35,589 nt of DNA from a virus (lineage: Duplodnaviria; Caudoviricetes), in IMG/VR virus record IMGVR_UViG_3300012665_000478, positions 1-35,589 of that record; one strand, given 5' to 3'. Under the pieces are notes generated by a model, which was given only the letters and a program-made list of their open reading frames with translations, did no database searches and had not been told where the DNA came from. The position numbers and the translations under genes were made by a program. Of this stretch, positions 17,568 through 26,976 are shown piece by piece. The number at the start of each line of letters is the position of its first letter. Position 1 is the stretch's first letter.

Positions 17568-18179
17568 TTAATTCTTGGCTACAAAATTGTCTCTCAAATA
17601 ATTAAACGATATGGATATTCTTTCTGAATTTTCAGTGTTCACTGCTACCTTGTGCGTCAACCATCCTGGAAATAATACAAGTTTTCCAACTTTTGGTTTT
17701 ACACTATAAAATTTGTCAACTGTCGATCCTGACGGAAATAGTTCTAGTTCTACAAATGGATTAGGAGTTCTAAAAACAATGTCTCCATCATTTTCAGATG
17801 TTTGATAATAGTATGTTCCTGAAATCATAGCATCCTGATGCTGGTGCCAATCTTGGTTGTCATCAGTATTGATAAGATTAATCCAACTATGTGCCAGTTT
17901 AGTAGGCATCGGTTCCCATGCATCAATCATTTTTATATAGTTTTGTACATGAGTTTCAATATATGCAGCCAGATTATTCAAACGAAAATCGCCGATAGTG
18001 TTGAATCGAGATTTGATATTAGTACGCACTCCATCATTCCACCCAGGTGGATTTTCAAACGTATCTGTACTTAGAATAGTGGGCAATGCAACTTTGATTT
18101 CATGCTGGACTAAGAATGTTTCTTCTATAGATCCCTGATGTTCATATATAGGAGTTGCAAATATATTATGCACATTCAT
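17568..18179 (-). CDS. Putative Fe(II)/2OG oxygenase, HxH type (TIGR02466-like)
   Basis: F.TPIY start, SWIN, HQH, ISGTYY, GDIVF, LVLFPGWLTHKV, RISISFN. Confidence 0.85.
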   Translation of the reverse strand: MNVHNIFATPIYEHQGSIEETFLVQHEIKVALPTILSTDTFENPPGWNDGVRTNIKSRFNTIGDFRLNNLAAYIETHVQNYIKMIDAWEPMPTKLAHSWINLINTDDNQDWHQHQDAMISGTYYYQTSENDGDIVFRTPNPFVELELFPSGSTVDKFYSVKPKVGKLVLFPGWLTHKVAVNTENSERISISFNYLRDNFVAKN

Positions 18180-18181
18180 AG

Positions 18182-18817
18182 TTATTGTACTAATCGAGTC
18201 AACCCTTGTTCATCGCCTATTTCGCCTTTGAACCATGTGTTGAACGCAATACTTACTCGTACATGATTTTCTTGTGTCTGTGTTTCCACACCATGTTCAA
18301 TGTGGCTAGGGAATATGATAGCATCGCCGTTAGTTACGTTGACTCCGAGTCTATTCATATTCCACCAATTAGGTACTTTGGAAATATGGAATGGTTGTTT
18401 AACAGGGTTGACAAAAAACAACAGGTCGTGCTCACAGGTATTCAAATAAAAAGTTCCACTGAGCATACTGTTTGAATGATGGTGCTGGTGATGTTTGTCA
18501 CCAGGACGATTAAAGTTGATCCAACTTTGCGTGATGTACAACTGCATATTAGTTGTTGGTGCAATAATCTCTTTAACATAATCGTTTATACATGATTGAA
18601 TGAACGTTTTAACACCAAAGAACGCAGGAACATCTAATACAGAAGTTGTTGTGGCTCGCAGATTGTCGCTGCCTTGTTGAGTGCGCCATGCATCGATATT
18701 TGAATATTTAATTTCGCCATCATTTAAATTGCGATTAATGTTTTTTTTGTAAACAGGAATTGGAAATAGCCCGCTGACTACTGCGTTTGAATTTAATGAT
18801 TTAGAAAACTCTTGCAT
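18182..18817 (-). CDS. Putative Fe(II)/2OG oxygenase, HxH type (TIGR02466-like)
   Basis: LFPIPVY, ITQSWIN, HQHHHSNSMLSGTFY, IIFPSHIEHGV, RVSIAFN. Confidence 0.85.
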   Translation of the reverse strand: MQEFSKSLNSNAVVSGLFPIPVYKKNINRNLNDGEIKYSNIDAWRTQQGSDNLRATTTSVLDVPAFFGVKTFIQSCINDYVKEIIAPTTNMQLYITQSWINFNRPGDKHHQHHHSNSMLSGTFYLNTCEHDLLFFVNPVKQPFHISKVPNWWNMNRLGVNVTNGDAIIFPSHIEHGVETQTQENHVRVSIAFNTWFKGEIGDEQGLTRLVQ

Positions 18818-19509
18818 TATTCGCCTCTATCCTGAAGGAACTTCTTACGTTTAAAATAGTGACCGTTAAATGTAAACACCCAACTTTGTAATTTTTGTAA
18901 TTCCTTTGCGTCTACTACGTGCATCTTTATAACCACATCTTTATCTGACAACGGCACAACATGCGCCAGTTCCTTGCCAGCAGGTATTACTTGAGATTTA
19001 GGAAACATATTCTTGGGCACTAACATATTAACACTGCTGGTATGCTGATACTTGTAATCTACAATGCCATTTAATACCTTAGGTTTAAAATCTTCGTCGT
19101 GCCATAGTGTGTTAGTAAACATGAATTTAACTCCGGTTTTTTCTCTAATACGCCAAGGACTTACAAGTTTTAAATGATAATGATTCTTAAATGCGTCTCC
19201 CCACTGATGCGGATTGTGCGATTCTGCGGTAGGTTCAGGTTGCCAAGTAAGAGTATTGTTGTCTACACTGACCCAGATATCGTGCCAGTTTTGAATAATA
19301 AACCCAGTCCTGTATAGACTACTAACACCAGGGCACGTTTTCATAGTACCGCGCATTGGTCCCATGTGAGGTACAGTAGTAGGCAGATTTTTCCAAAATG
19401 CAGGCATGCGTTCTGAAGCATGTTGTATAGGAAAAAACTTCGGCAGTTCTTCTACATCTGTAAAACAGTCAACATATATCTTCGAAGGTCGTCTAAAAAT
19501 TGTAAACAT
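18817..19509 (-). CDS. Uncharacterised phage protein, DUF6065-like/dUTPase-like motifs, paralogue 1
   Basis: P.FWK, TMKTCPG, GFII..W.D, KLVSPW, NGIVDY, IPAGKELAHVVPL; TAATG overlap with the downstream gene. Confidence 0.6.
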   Translation of the reverse strand: MFTIFRRPSKIYVDCFTDVEELPKFFPIQHASERMPAFWKNLPTTVPHMGPMRGTMKTCPGVSSLYRTGFIIQNWHDIWVSVDNNTLTWQPEPTAESHNPHQWGDAFKNHYHLKLVSPWRIREKTGVKFMFTNTLWHDEDFKPKVLNGIVDYKYQHTSSVNMLVPKNMFPKSQVIPAGKELAHVVPLSDKDVVIKMHVVDAKELQKLQSWVFTFNGHYFKRKKFLQDRGE

Positions 19510-19512
19510 TGC

Positions 19513-20241
19513 TTATTTCTTCATGTTAGGAGTCCAGTTAGGACAATTTTCTTGTATTATTTTTTTTCGTTTATAGTACTGCCCTACTTGAGAAAACAGA
19601 TGATCGTTTACATCCTGATCTATTTGTGTTTTGTCCATATAGTGCATATGAAATTTAACTTTTTTGCCATCTAAATTAATTATTTGGCACATAGGTTCAC
19701 CAGCATTAATAGTATAACTTTGAGGGAATCCGCCTTTGGGAATCCATAAGTTAATGTTAGTAGAGTGTTGGTGTTTGAATTCAATTAATCCGTTAGGTAC
19801 AAAGTGTTTTACTCCTGGTTTATTCCACCAAGAGTTGGTCATCATAAACTTTGATCCAGTTTTTTCTTTAAACTTCCAAGGACTTGCAACTTTTAAATGA
19901 TAAAAGTCTTTAAATGCCGGACTCTTATTCCATTGCCAGTCTGGATGTGAACTACCCATTTGTTCCGGTTCGTTGTACAGCGATCCTTTACTCCAATCAA
20001 GATACAAGTCACACCACGATGGAATAATCATTCCTTCTTTGAATAGTTCTACCATACCTGGGCATGTTCTCACAGTAGCAACTGATGACCCCGATGGCGA
20101 TTTAGTGCTGGTGGGCACAGCCTTGAACCATGACGGAATTACTTCTTCAGCATCTCGAATTGGGAACAGTTCAATAATACCAGGAAAGAACGTAAACATA
20201 TCCACATGCACTGTGGACTTTTTAAAGAAGAAGGTGAACAT
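19513..20241 (-). CDS. Uncharacterised phage protein, DUF6065-like/dUTPase-like motifs, paralogue 2
   Basis: Close paralogue of 18817-19509: PSWFK, TVRTCPG, GMIIPSWCD, KVASPW, NGLIEF, INAGEPMCQII. Confidence 0.6.
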   Translation of the reverse strand: MFTFFFKKSTVHVDMFTFFPGIIELFPIRDAEEVIPSWFKAVPTSTKSPSGSSVATVRTCPGMVELFKEGMIIPSWCDLYLDWSKGSLYNEPEQMGSSHPDWQWNKSPAFKDFYHLKVASPWKFKEKTGSKFMMTNSWWNKPGVKHFVPNGLIEFKHQHSTNINLWIPKGGFPQSYTINAGEPMCQIINLDGKKVKFHMHYMDKTQIDQDVNDHLFSQVGQYYKRKKIIQENCPNWTPNMKK

Positions 20242-20264
20242 ATTTTATATACCTTCCCTAGCCA

Positions 20265-20972
20265 TTATCGATATGTCTTCTTGGAGTGAAAGAATTTGGA
20301 GTAAAACCCGTGCCATACTCCGTGCAAAAAGTATTTGAAACTACTGTAACTGCCAATCTTTTTGTCGTAACTGACTTCCATTTTCCAGTCTTCACGTTTG
20401 AAAGGAAATACAACAACCAACGGCTCACCGGGCGCTATAGTAAAAGGCTTGTCTGTTTTTATCAAGCCAATTAGTCCAATAAAGTCGTCGTGCTTATCAG
20501 TATCAACAATGGCAGGGAACATTTCAAACTCTTCTTTAAACATATAGTGTGGTTGATAAATCAAACAACTGTATCCGGGAGGCGTACGAATCAACCACTC
20601 CTGGTTAATTTTGAAATAATGATTCTTTTCACCATATATTTCTCCAGGCGCTTGATAATAAGGATGCGCTCCTACATAATTTTTGTTGTTACATTCTAAA
20701 TAAAAACTATTAATGCCATCTTTAAAACCTGGCCACGCATTGATTTCGTAAGAATTTCTCAACACATATCCAGATGTTATATAATCTAGTACAGGCATGC
20801 ATCGTTTGATAGAAGGAACACCATCTACATCAATGTAGTTTGGTATCTTGGACAGAGATACAGGAATATTTTTATACCATTCAGGTACAACTTTGCCTGC
20901 TGGCACGGGTGGAAATTCTTTCGTGGCATCAAAGTCTTCGCAGATAAATTTAATGTTTGATTCTTTGGTCAT
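20265..20972 (-). CDS. Uncharacterised phage protein, DUF6065-like/dUTPase-like motifs, paralogue 3
   Basis: PEWYK, SIKRCMP, SGYVL, W.IRTPPGYSCL, PAIVDTD, IAPGEPL..VFPFKREDW. Confidence 0.65.
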   Translation of the reverse strand: MTKESNIKFICEDFDATKEFPPVPAGKVVPEWYKNIPVSLSKIPNYIDVDGVPSIKRCMPVLDYITSGYVLRNSYEINAWPGFKDGINSFYLECNNKNYVGAHPYYQAPGEIYGEKNHYFKINQEWLIRTPPGYSCLIYQPHYMFKEEFEMFPAIVDTDKHDDFIGLIGLIKTDKPFTIAPGEPLVVVFPFKREDWKMEVSYDKKIGSYSSFKYFLHGVWHGFYSKFFHSKKTYR

Positions 20973-21679
20973 AGAAAACTCTTTAGTTTATGAAACAATC
21001 TTTTATAAGCATTCCATATGTAAAACTTAGCCTTGTTAGGAGGAAACGTATTACTAATAGACATGGTCCAGTCGTCTCGTTTGAACGGAATGATTTGCAA
21101 TAATGGTGTGCCTGGCTCTATTCTTGCTAACTCTTTGGTATTAAGATATCCTGCCACAGTAATGGGTAAGTGATACGAATCTGTATCTACAATAGCCGGA
21201 AGCACAGTAAATCTTCCTTCTCCGAGGTATTGCGGTTGTACAACTAAACAACTGTACCCAGGCGGCGTTTTAATACCCCAAGATGTTTTAAATTTAAAAT
21301 ATGTACGGGATTTCTTTGTATCGATTACTACAGGACACACATCCTCGTGAAATATAGATAATGATTTTCGAGCAAAAATATTTGAGTCGTCTGTGCTGTC
21401 ATCGATTGTCTTGGCTGTTTTAATTTTAATATTATCTTTAAACTGATGTATAAAAGGTAATAATTCTATAGCATATGAATTATACAAAATATACCCAGCA
21501 GTCATAAAATCCATTGCAGGCGCACAACCTTTGATGTTTAATATAGGAGATTCGTCTACTTTATATCGTTCTTTAGCATCAGGCAGTGCGGCAATTTCAG
21601 GAGGTACGCATTCTACTGCTCGCTTAGGTGCCCAGTATTCAGAAACATTCTCGTCATCGCAAAAAAATTCTATGTTCAT
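20969..21679 (-). CDS. Uncharacterised phage protein, DUF6065-like/dUTPase-like motifs, paralogue 4
   Basis: NIKGCAP, AGYIL, WGIKTPPGYSCL, PAIVDTD, IEPGTPLLQIIPFKRDDW; ATGA overlaps on both sides. Confidence 0.65.
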   Translation of the reverse strand: MNIEFFCDDENVSEYWAPKRAVECVPPEIAALPDAKERYKVDESPILNIKGCAPAMDFMTAGYILYNSYAIELLPFIHQFKDNIKIKTAKTIDDSTDDSNIFARKSLSIFHEDVCPVVIDTKKSRTYFKFKTSWGIKTPPGYSCLVVQPQYLGEGRFTVLPAIVDTDSYHLPITVAGYLNTKELARIEPGTPLLQIIPFKRDDWTMSISNTFPPNKAKFYIWNAYKRLFHKLKSFL

Positions 21680-22293
21680 TTAGGTTTATAACTTATGTTA
21701 AATGCAATATTAATACGTTCCCTATCGACAGGATTTGGTTCAACACTGTGCATCAAGTGGGACGGAAACAGTATTATATCGCCGTCTTCTGGATGATATT
21801 GCATACTGCCGTTATAGAACCAACACGGGTGGTTAGTCTTATATATGTAATTTGCCGGATGAAACTCTATCATTCCGGTTGTAGTGGCTTGCAAATATAT
21901 TACTCCACTAACAACTGAGCCCACGTGAGTGTGTGCAATATTATACCCGCTTTTTGAATTAACATTGGCCCAATAATGGATAATTGGCGTTTGTAAATCG
22001 AATCTATTACCAGGGTGTTCATTTCTTGTTAGTAAAGCAGAGTCGGGTAATGACCCCACATACGCATTGAATGCAGTTAAAATTAATTCGTTGACTAATT
22101 CAGTTTTAAACTGAGGATGCCCTCGCCAGCAATTTTGTTCGCTTCCAGATGTGTCTACTGACGAGTGCTTATACTCTAGTACTTCTTTGATAAGGTTCTG
22201 TCGTTGTTCAAGAGATACTGCGTTTTTTATTTGTAAAACATTAGTATACTCGACAATATTAGAACTAATTTTCCATCCAAACGTATTAATCAT
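21676..22293 (-). CDS. Putative Fe(II)/2OG oxygenase, HxH type (TIGR02466-like)
   Basis: WANVN..GYN.AHTH..VVSGVIY, GDIILFPSHLMHSV, RINIAFN. Confidence 0.85.
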   Translation of the reverse strand: MINTFGWKISSNIVEYTNVLQIKNAVSLEQRQNLIKEVLEYKHSSVDTSGSEQNCWRGHPQFKTELVNELILTAFNAYVGSLPDSALLTRNEHPGNRFDLQTPIIHYWANVNSKSGYNIAHTHVGSVVSGVIYLQATTTGMIEFHPANYIYKTNHPCWFYNGSMQYHPEDGDIILFPSHLMHSVEPNPVDRERINIAFNISYKPK

Positions 22294-22898
22294 AAATCTC
22301 TCTTAACTAAACAGGATAACTTTGTATGCCATTCGAATGTAATACCTACTGATATTCTCCATCCAGCATCCGGCGCACACGCACGATGACAAAAACTTGA
22401 TGGAAATACAATTAGTTTACCTCGTTGAAACTTACTGCGATGTACTTCTTCTAAATTTGCAATAGATTTATAAAACACTGTATCGCCTGAACTGTTGTTA
22501 ACATAATAAACAGCAGTCCAGAGTGTAGTATCTGTACTCGTGTCTATATGCGCACACGGATTCTGTGTATGCGTTTGTCCGTTGACTGATATTCTTTGTA
22601 ACTCAACAAATTTTCCATCAGGATCGATTTGCGGTAATACTGATAGTTGTAAACAGTCGCACAAATTTTGTACCAACGGCGGACTTGGTAAACTTAAATT
22701 TTCTTCTCGTAAAAATAACATTTTACCAAAGTATGGATTGCCGTCGTCTAACGATGCGGCATGGTGACCGTATTCAAACGAGAATTTTTTAAAATATTCT
22801 TCTCCCGATACCACTGCCCACTCGGGCAACGCATCCTCAAATTCATAAATTAATGCAGGATCGGCCAGTGATCGATTTAGTGGTTTAAAGATTAGCAT
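22290..22898 (-). CDS. Putative Fe(II)/2OG oxygenase, HxD type
   Basis: RISVNGQT, AHID, TAVYYVN..GDTVF, LIVFPS..HRA..P...RISV. Start placed at ATG 22898 rather than TTG 22919. Confidence 0.8.
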   Translation of the reverse strand: MLIFKPLNRSLADPALIYEFEDALPEWAVVSGEEYFKKFSFEYGHHAASLDDGNPYFGKMLFLREENLSLPSPPLVQNLCDCLQLSVLPQIDPDGKFVELQRISVNGQTHTQNPCAHIDTSTDTTLWTAVYYVNNSSGDTVFYKSIANLEEVHRSKFQRGKLIVFPSSFCHRACAPDAGWRISVGITFEWHTKLSCLVKRDL

Positions 22899-23517
22899 GT
22901 ATTCTAAAGTTTCCCGCAATTGATACTCTCACATCGTCTGAACTATAAAACGGATATACTTGATGATTAAGTTCCGAAGGGAACACACACATTTTTCCTT
23001 GCCACTTACAGTCAACTGGCAGTGTTAGTAATCCTATTTTACCTAGCGTGTCGGTGTACACAAACTGAAATAGTCCTGCTCTATTTTTTTCTGTAGTAGG
23101 ATTAGGACTATGCGCAACTTCGTCGGCCATAGCATACGGTATGTCAGTCCACAGCACAAAACTATAGATCCCGGAATGATTGTGTACGGGCAAAAATTCT
23201 GTTTTACGTTGTATGTTGACCCAGATTCTTTCTAACTCTAGCTCTACTTGATCAGCAGGTATAGATGTTATGGAGTTATACATCTTGTTAAAATAATGAT
23301 ATCTGGATTCATGGGCTATTATTAAACGGCGAGCTTCTTTCTCAATATCTGTTTTTAAATCATCCGGTAACTCTGCATCTAAATTATAAGATTTGATACG
23401 TGCAGTATTTTTAAAATTTTCTTTGAATTGTGCCGTGACTGCTTGTATACGTTTTATTAAAAACGGATTCAGATCGTCTAATACAAACCCGCAGTTGACT
23501 AAGTCACCGTATTGCAT
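22885..23517 (-). CDS. Putative Fe(II)/2OG oxygenase, HxH type
   Basis: IWVNIQRKTEFLPVHNHSGIYSFV, FPSELNHQVYPF, RVSIAGN. Confidence 0.85.
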   Translation of the reverse strand: MQYGDLVNCGFVLDDLNPFLIKRIQAVTAQFKENFKNTARIKSYNLDAELPDDLKTDIEKEARRLIIAHESRYHYFNKMYNSITSIPADQVELELERIWVNIQRKTEFLPVHNHSGIYSFVLWTDIPYAMADEVAHSPNPTTEKNRAGLFQFVYTDTLGKIGLLTLPVDCKWQGKMCVFPSELNHQVYPFYSSDDVRVSIAGNFRIHANL

Positions 23518-23518
23518 A

Positions 23519-25036
23519 TTATTTCCTTAAAAACTCTATAAAATTTTTATAGCTCATATTATCTTTAATTTGATCCCATGCAGTGTTGCCATAATCCTCT
23601 AGAACTTTTCTAGCATGACTGCGTAATCCAGGATCAGAAAAATCTGCAAGATGTAACTCCTTGGATAACGTCGACGTTGGTAATAATTTATTGCCAAACA
23701 TCACATAACTATATAACCCCCAGTCTACACACCCTGTATACTGATTGAAGTTACTGTTCGTAGGACATTTCGACTTTGACATTTCTATTAGACTATTAGT
23801 CATGTCTGTTCTAGTTTCTCCGGTGGCAATATATTTCCAAAATTCGCTGTCACTTCTTCCACCCATGTAATGGATATTTAAAAAATCTTTAAAATCGTCA
23901 TACATCCTGGCTGTGGATTTGTTGTACATCTTGATGCTGGCGGGATTACAAGTATCTTCTTTGGTGAATTTTAAATATTCGAACACTAACCCTAATAACT
24001 GTACAATAGTGCTGTGTATAGAAGTTGCTTCTAACGGCTCTGCAAATGCAGAACACAGTCCAACCGCCAAGCAATTCTTAACCCACGCATTTTCTAGTCT
24101 GCCAGTGTCAAATTTTAAAACTCGTATGGGTGTGATTTTACGACCCAGCGTGGTTTCAATTTCCTGTTGCGCTTGCTCTGCTGTTATAAAATTATCATCA
24201 AACACATAGCCGCAGCCTTTGCGGTGTTGTGTAGGTATTTGCCACATCCATCCTGAACTTTGCGCCCATGCTGTGGTCCATGACTCGGGAACTTCGTCGT
24301 CTGTGTAATCTAATAAAAACGGCATAGCAGAATTAACAGGCAAATTCTTTTTATAACTAACCCAAGGATTGTCCATTCGCTTCATCAGCACTTTTGAAAA
24401 GCCGCTGGCATCGATGAAAAAATCGCCTTCTACTACTGCACCAGATTTAAATTTTAATTTAGAAATATGTCCTTGCTCATCCAGCACCACATCCTGAACT
24501 TCGTCATCAATGTGCGTGACATCTTCATCCTTCGTCACAACTTTTTTAAAATATCGCCCAACAGCATGAGCATCAAAGTGCAGTGCGTATCCAGTTTTAG
24601 AAAATTTAAATGTTTTTAAATTGAATGGACTTAGATTGTGTTCTACACTGAGACCACATACGTGGAGTTTGTGCATTTTATCAGGAATTAATTCAGCGGC
24701 CAGTGCAAACGTAGTGTCTAACGTTTTGTTGCCGCTGGTAGGACTACCAGTTAAAGGTGCAAAATAACTATGACCCTTAGTATGCCATTCTTTATGATGT
24801 ATGCCGTACTTGATAGTTGCACCAGTTTCTTTAAGAAACTCCATCATATCGCATCCGAAGTCGAAGAACTCTCCGTTAATAATACTGGTTAACAATCCAG
24901 TAGATCCTTCTCCTGCACCCACAATACCGATAGCAGACGACTCTACCACTGTGAGTTTGTGCATAGGATGCATCTTATGTATCATTAATGCGGCCAGCCA
25001 TCCTGCTGTGCCCCCGCCTACTATAACTATTTTCAA
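23519..25036 (-). CDS. Tryptophan-halogenase-family flavin-dependent enzyme 2 (~505 aa)
   Basis: TTG start at 25036 (TTGA overlap with upstream stop, GGAG RBS) gives MKIVIVGGGTAGW; VGAGEGS, GATIKYG, ALHFDA, DASGF, GWMWQIP, FAEPLEATS. Confidence 0.88.
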   Translation of the reverse strand: MKIVIVGGGTAGWLAALMIHKMHPMHKLTVVESSAIGIVGAGEGSTGLLTSIINGEFFDFGCDMMEFLKETGATIKYGIHHKEWHTKGHSYFAPLTGSPTSGNKTLDTTFALAAELIPDKMHKLHVCGLSVEHNLSPFNLKTFKFSKTGYALHFDAHAVGRYFKKVVTKDEDVTHIDDEVQDVVLDEQGHISKLKFKSGAVVEGDFFIDASGFSKVLMKRMDNPWVSYKKNLPVNSAMPFLLDYTDDEVPESWTTAWAQSSGWMWQIPTQHRKGCGYVFDDNFITAEQAQQEIETTLGRKITPIRVLKFDTGRLENAWVKNCLAVGLCSAFAEPLEATSIHSTIVQLLGLVFEYLKFTKEDTCNPASIKMYNKSTARMYDDFKDFLNIHYMGGRSDSEFWKYIATGETRTDMTNSLIEMSKSKCPTNSNFNQYTGCVDWGLYSYVMFGNKLLPTSTLSKELHLADFSDPGLRSHARKVLEDYGNTAWDQIKDNMSYKNFIEFLRK

Positions 25037-25677
25037 TTGCCGTCTCCATTGTCCACTCGCATCATGATATTCAATGCAGTGGTTATTCTTAGATTCCCAG
25101 CACTGTAATGCGGAACATAATGATCCATCCAACTAGGAAACAAAATTAAATCGCCTTCTTCTACTTCGGGCATACGTTGAAAGTCACAAAAACAATCAGG
25201 CAAGTAATCAAAGTTTTTAGTTGGAGTTGTGGCCTTGATGTTTTTTCCGTTGGGATTTTTAAACACTGTGGCATTATTATCCTGACCTAACTTTACATAA
25301 TGTACTGCGGAAAACTGAATATTAGTAGGACCGCCCATGTGATCGTGTGCAAATGTTGCAGTATTACTGGTACACATATTATACCATCCTTTCATATTAA
25401 CCTTCCACGGGTGTTTTTCAAAGTCGAATCCCATGGTTTTTAAAATATTATGAATGTCTTTTTTATACCACTCAAGTAAAAACGGCCAATGCACAAATGC
25501 CGCGTCGGCTTTGAAACCATAGTCAGTAAGTGTATTTTGTATAGGATCGTTAGGACCGTATTTTTCGAAATACGGATACACGTTATCCATAAGATACTTT
25601 TTAATTCTTTCGTGCTCAGTGACCTTAATCTTATAGACGTTAACTGGAAACATCGGTATTGTTGTTATATCACTCAT
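25033..25677 (-). CDS. Putative Fe(II)/2OG oxygenase, HxH type
   Basis: MFPV.VY, GWYN, HDHMGGP, FSAVHY, EEGDLILFPSWMDHYV, RIT.ALN; start at ATG 25677 (ATGAGTGA overlap). Confidence 0.85.
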   Translation of the reverse strand: MSDITTIPMFPVNVYKIKVTEHERIKKYLMDNVYPYFEKYGPNDPIQNTLTDYGFKADAAFVHWPFLLEWYKKDIHNILKTMGFDFEKHPWKVNMKGWYNMCTSNTATFAHDHMGGPTNIQFSAVHYVKLGQDNNATVFKNPNGKNIKATTPTKNFDYLPDCFCDFQRMPEVEEGDLILFPSWMDHYVPHYSAGNLRITTALNIMMRVDNGDGN

Positions 25678-26299
25678 ATGCACCCTTTTCATAAACGCTG
25701 AGATTAAATGCCACAGTGAGCCTTGTCTTATTACTAGTTTGCTTGGCCACAGAATGCGCCACATAAGCAGGAAAAATAACAACGTCGCCTTCTTCTACAT
25801 CTAACATTTTTTGTAAACTTTGAAAGTCTGCTGGTCGAAAATTTTCTACAGTAGTTGGCTGTAATGATTTTAATACAGATTCTAACGGATTATAAAACAC
25901 AGTAGGCAAGTGTTCATCCTTGTCAAAACAAACATAATGAATTGCCGCATACGAGATAGGAACTGGGCCACCTAGGTGATCGTGTATTTCTTGATATGCA
26001 TCTTGATTTGAAACATTGTACCAAAATTTTAATTTTGTTTGCCACTGATGCAGTTTAGAGAATCCTGCTTTATCTAAAAAGTTACTGATATCTTTTGAAT
26101 AAAAATTTGAAAATATGGCTTGATCTAATTTCGGCGCACCCGGGAAATAACTACTGTATAACTTTCTGTCCGCGTCGTTGGGACCGTTTTTTTCAAAATC
26201 TGGAAATATATTATCAAACATCCACTGCTTAATTTCAGTATGCTTAGATGCTTTGAATTTATATACGGGTACTTCGAATAAGGGAGTTTTATAAATCAT
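25670..26299 (-). CDS. Putative Fe(II)/2OG oxygenase, HxH type (paralogue of 25033-25677)
   Basis: LFEVPVY, FWYN, QEIHDHLGGP, YAAIHY, EEGDVVIFPAYVAHSV, RLTVAFN; ATGA overlap at 26296-26299. Confidence 0.85.
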   Translation of the reverse strand: MIYKTPLFEVPVYKFKASKHTEIKQWMFDNIFPDFEKNGPNDADRKLYSSYFPGAPKLDQAIFSNFYSKDISNFLDKAGFSKLHQWQTKLKFWYNVSNQDAYQEIHDHLGGPVPISYAAIHYVCFDKDEHLPTVFYNPLESVLKSLQPTTVENFRPADFQSLQKMLDVEEGDVVIFPAYVAHSVAKQTSNKTRLTVAFNLSVYEKGAYE

Positions 26300-26976
26300 A
26301 AGTCCTCCCATGATGATTGTATATTAATCTTTGACTCGTAATTTCGTTTGAAGCCGCGAATAAAGAAAACAATACTCTTTCTAGTTTCATCGGAGTCTAA
26401 GTTATATCGATTAGGTCTATGAAAAATAGTTGCATCATACGCAACTAGTCTATTATACATATTACCTACTCGTACTGTTTCTGTAAAATTTGTGTGGTTT
26501 TCTTTTAAATCATTAATATACTCTTCAGACGGTACATCTGTTAAATTAAATTCTTGACGAGATACAAAATCTTTTACAGCAAAGTCGCCCTTTGTGTCCT
26601 TAACAAACAGCGAAGTACCAGTGTGCAATGATCTTTCATTCTTTGATAGATACACTAACCCTGCAAGATCTGCTTCGTCGGAATGTATCCATCCTTCGTT
26701 GGCAGTGGAGTTATTATAAACATGATTGATATGAAATCTTGCATCTATCATAAGGCCGTGAATTCCGGGAAATATTTCATCACATATTTTTTTAGCAAGG
26801 AATAATCCAAAATTTCTACAAGACTCGTTGGCAGATTCCAACAAGTTATTAGTACGTATACCAGGATAGGACTCGGATTTAAAGAATGATTCTTCGTCAA
26901 ACAGCGCCAAGACTTTATCCGGATTAACAAAAAAGTTATCTTTACAAATCATTATGTCTTTAAAATCGTGTGTCAT
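26296..26976 (-). CDS. Putative Fe(II)/2OG oxygenase, DUF6445-like
   Basis: DNFF.NPD.V, YPGIRT, GWIHSD, LAGLVYL, GTSLF, NMYNRLVAY....FH, R...VFF; TAATG overlap. Confidence 0.75.
   Translation of the reverse strand: MTHDFKDIMICKDNFFVNPDKVLALFDEESFFKSESYPGIRTNNLLESANESCRNFGLFLAKKICDEIFPGIHGLMIDARFHINHVYNNSTANEGWIHSDEADLAGLVYLSKNERSLHTGTSLFVKDTKGDFAVKDFVSRQEFNLTDVPSEEYINDLKENHTNFTETVRVGNMYNRLVAYDATIFHRPNRYNLDSDETRKSIVFFIRGFKRNYESKINIQSSWEDL

Noticed and set aside
25037-25132. N-terminal extensions given by the ORF track (also 22919, 25782, 26311, 26988, 27572, 28697)
   Set aside because: They overlap upstream genes. Downstream starts give standard ATGA, TAATG or TTGA coupling or shorter overlaps, and begin at the family's first motif.
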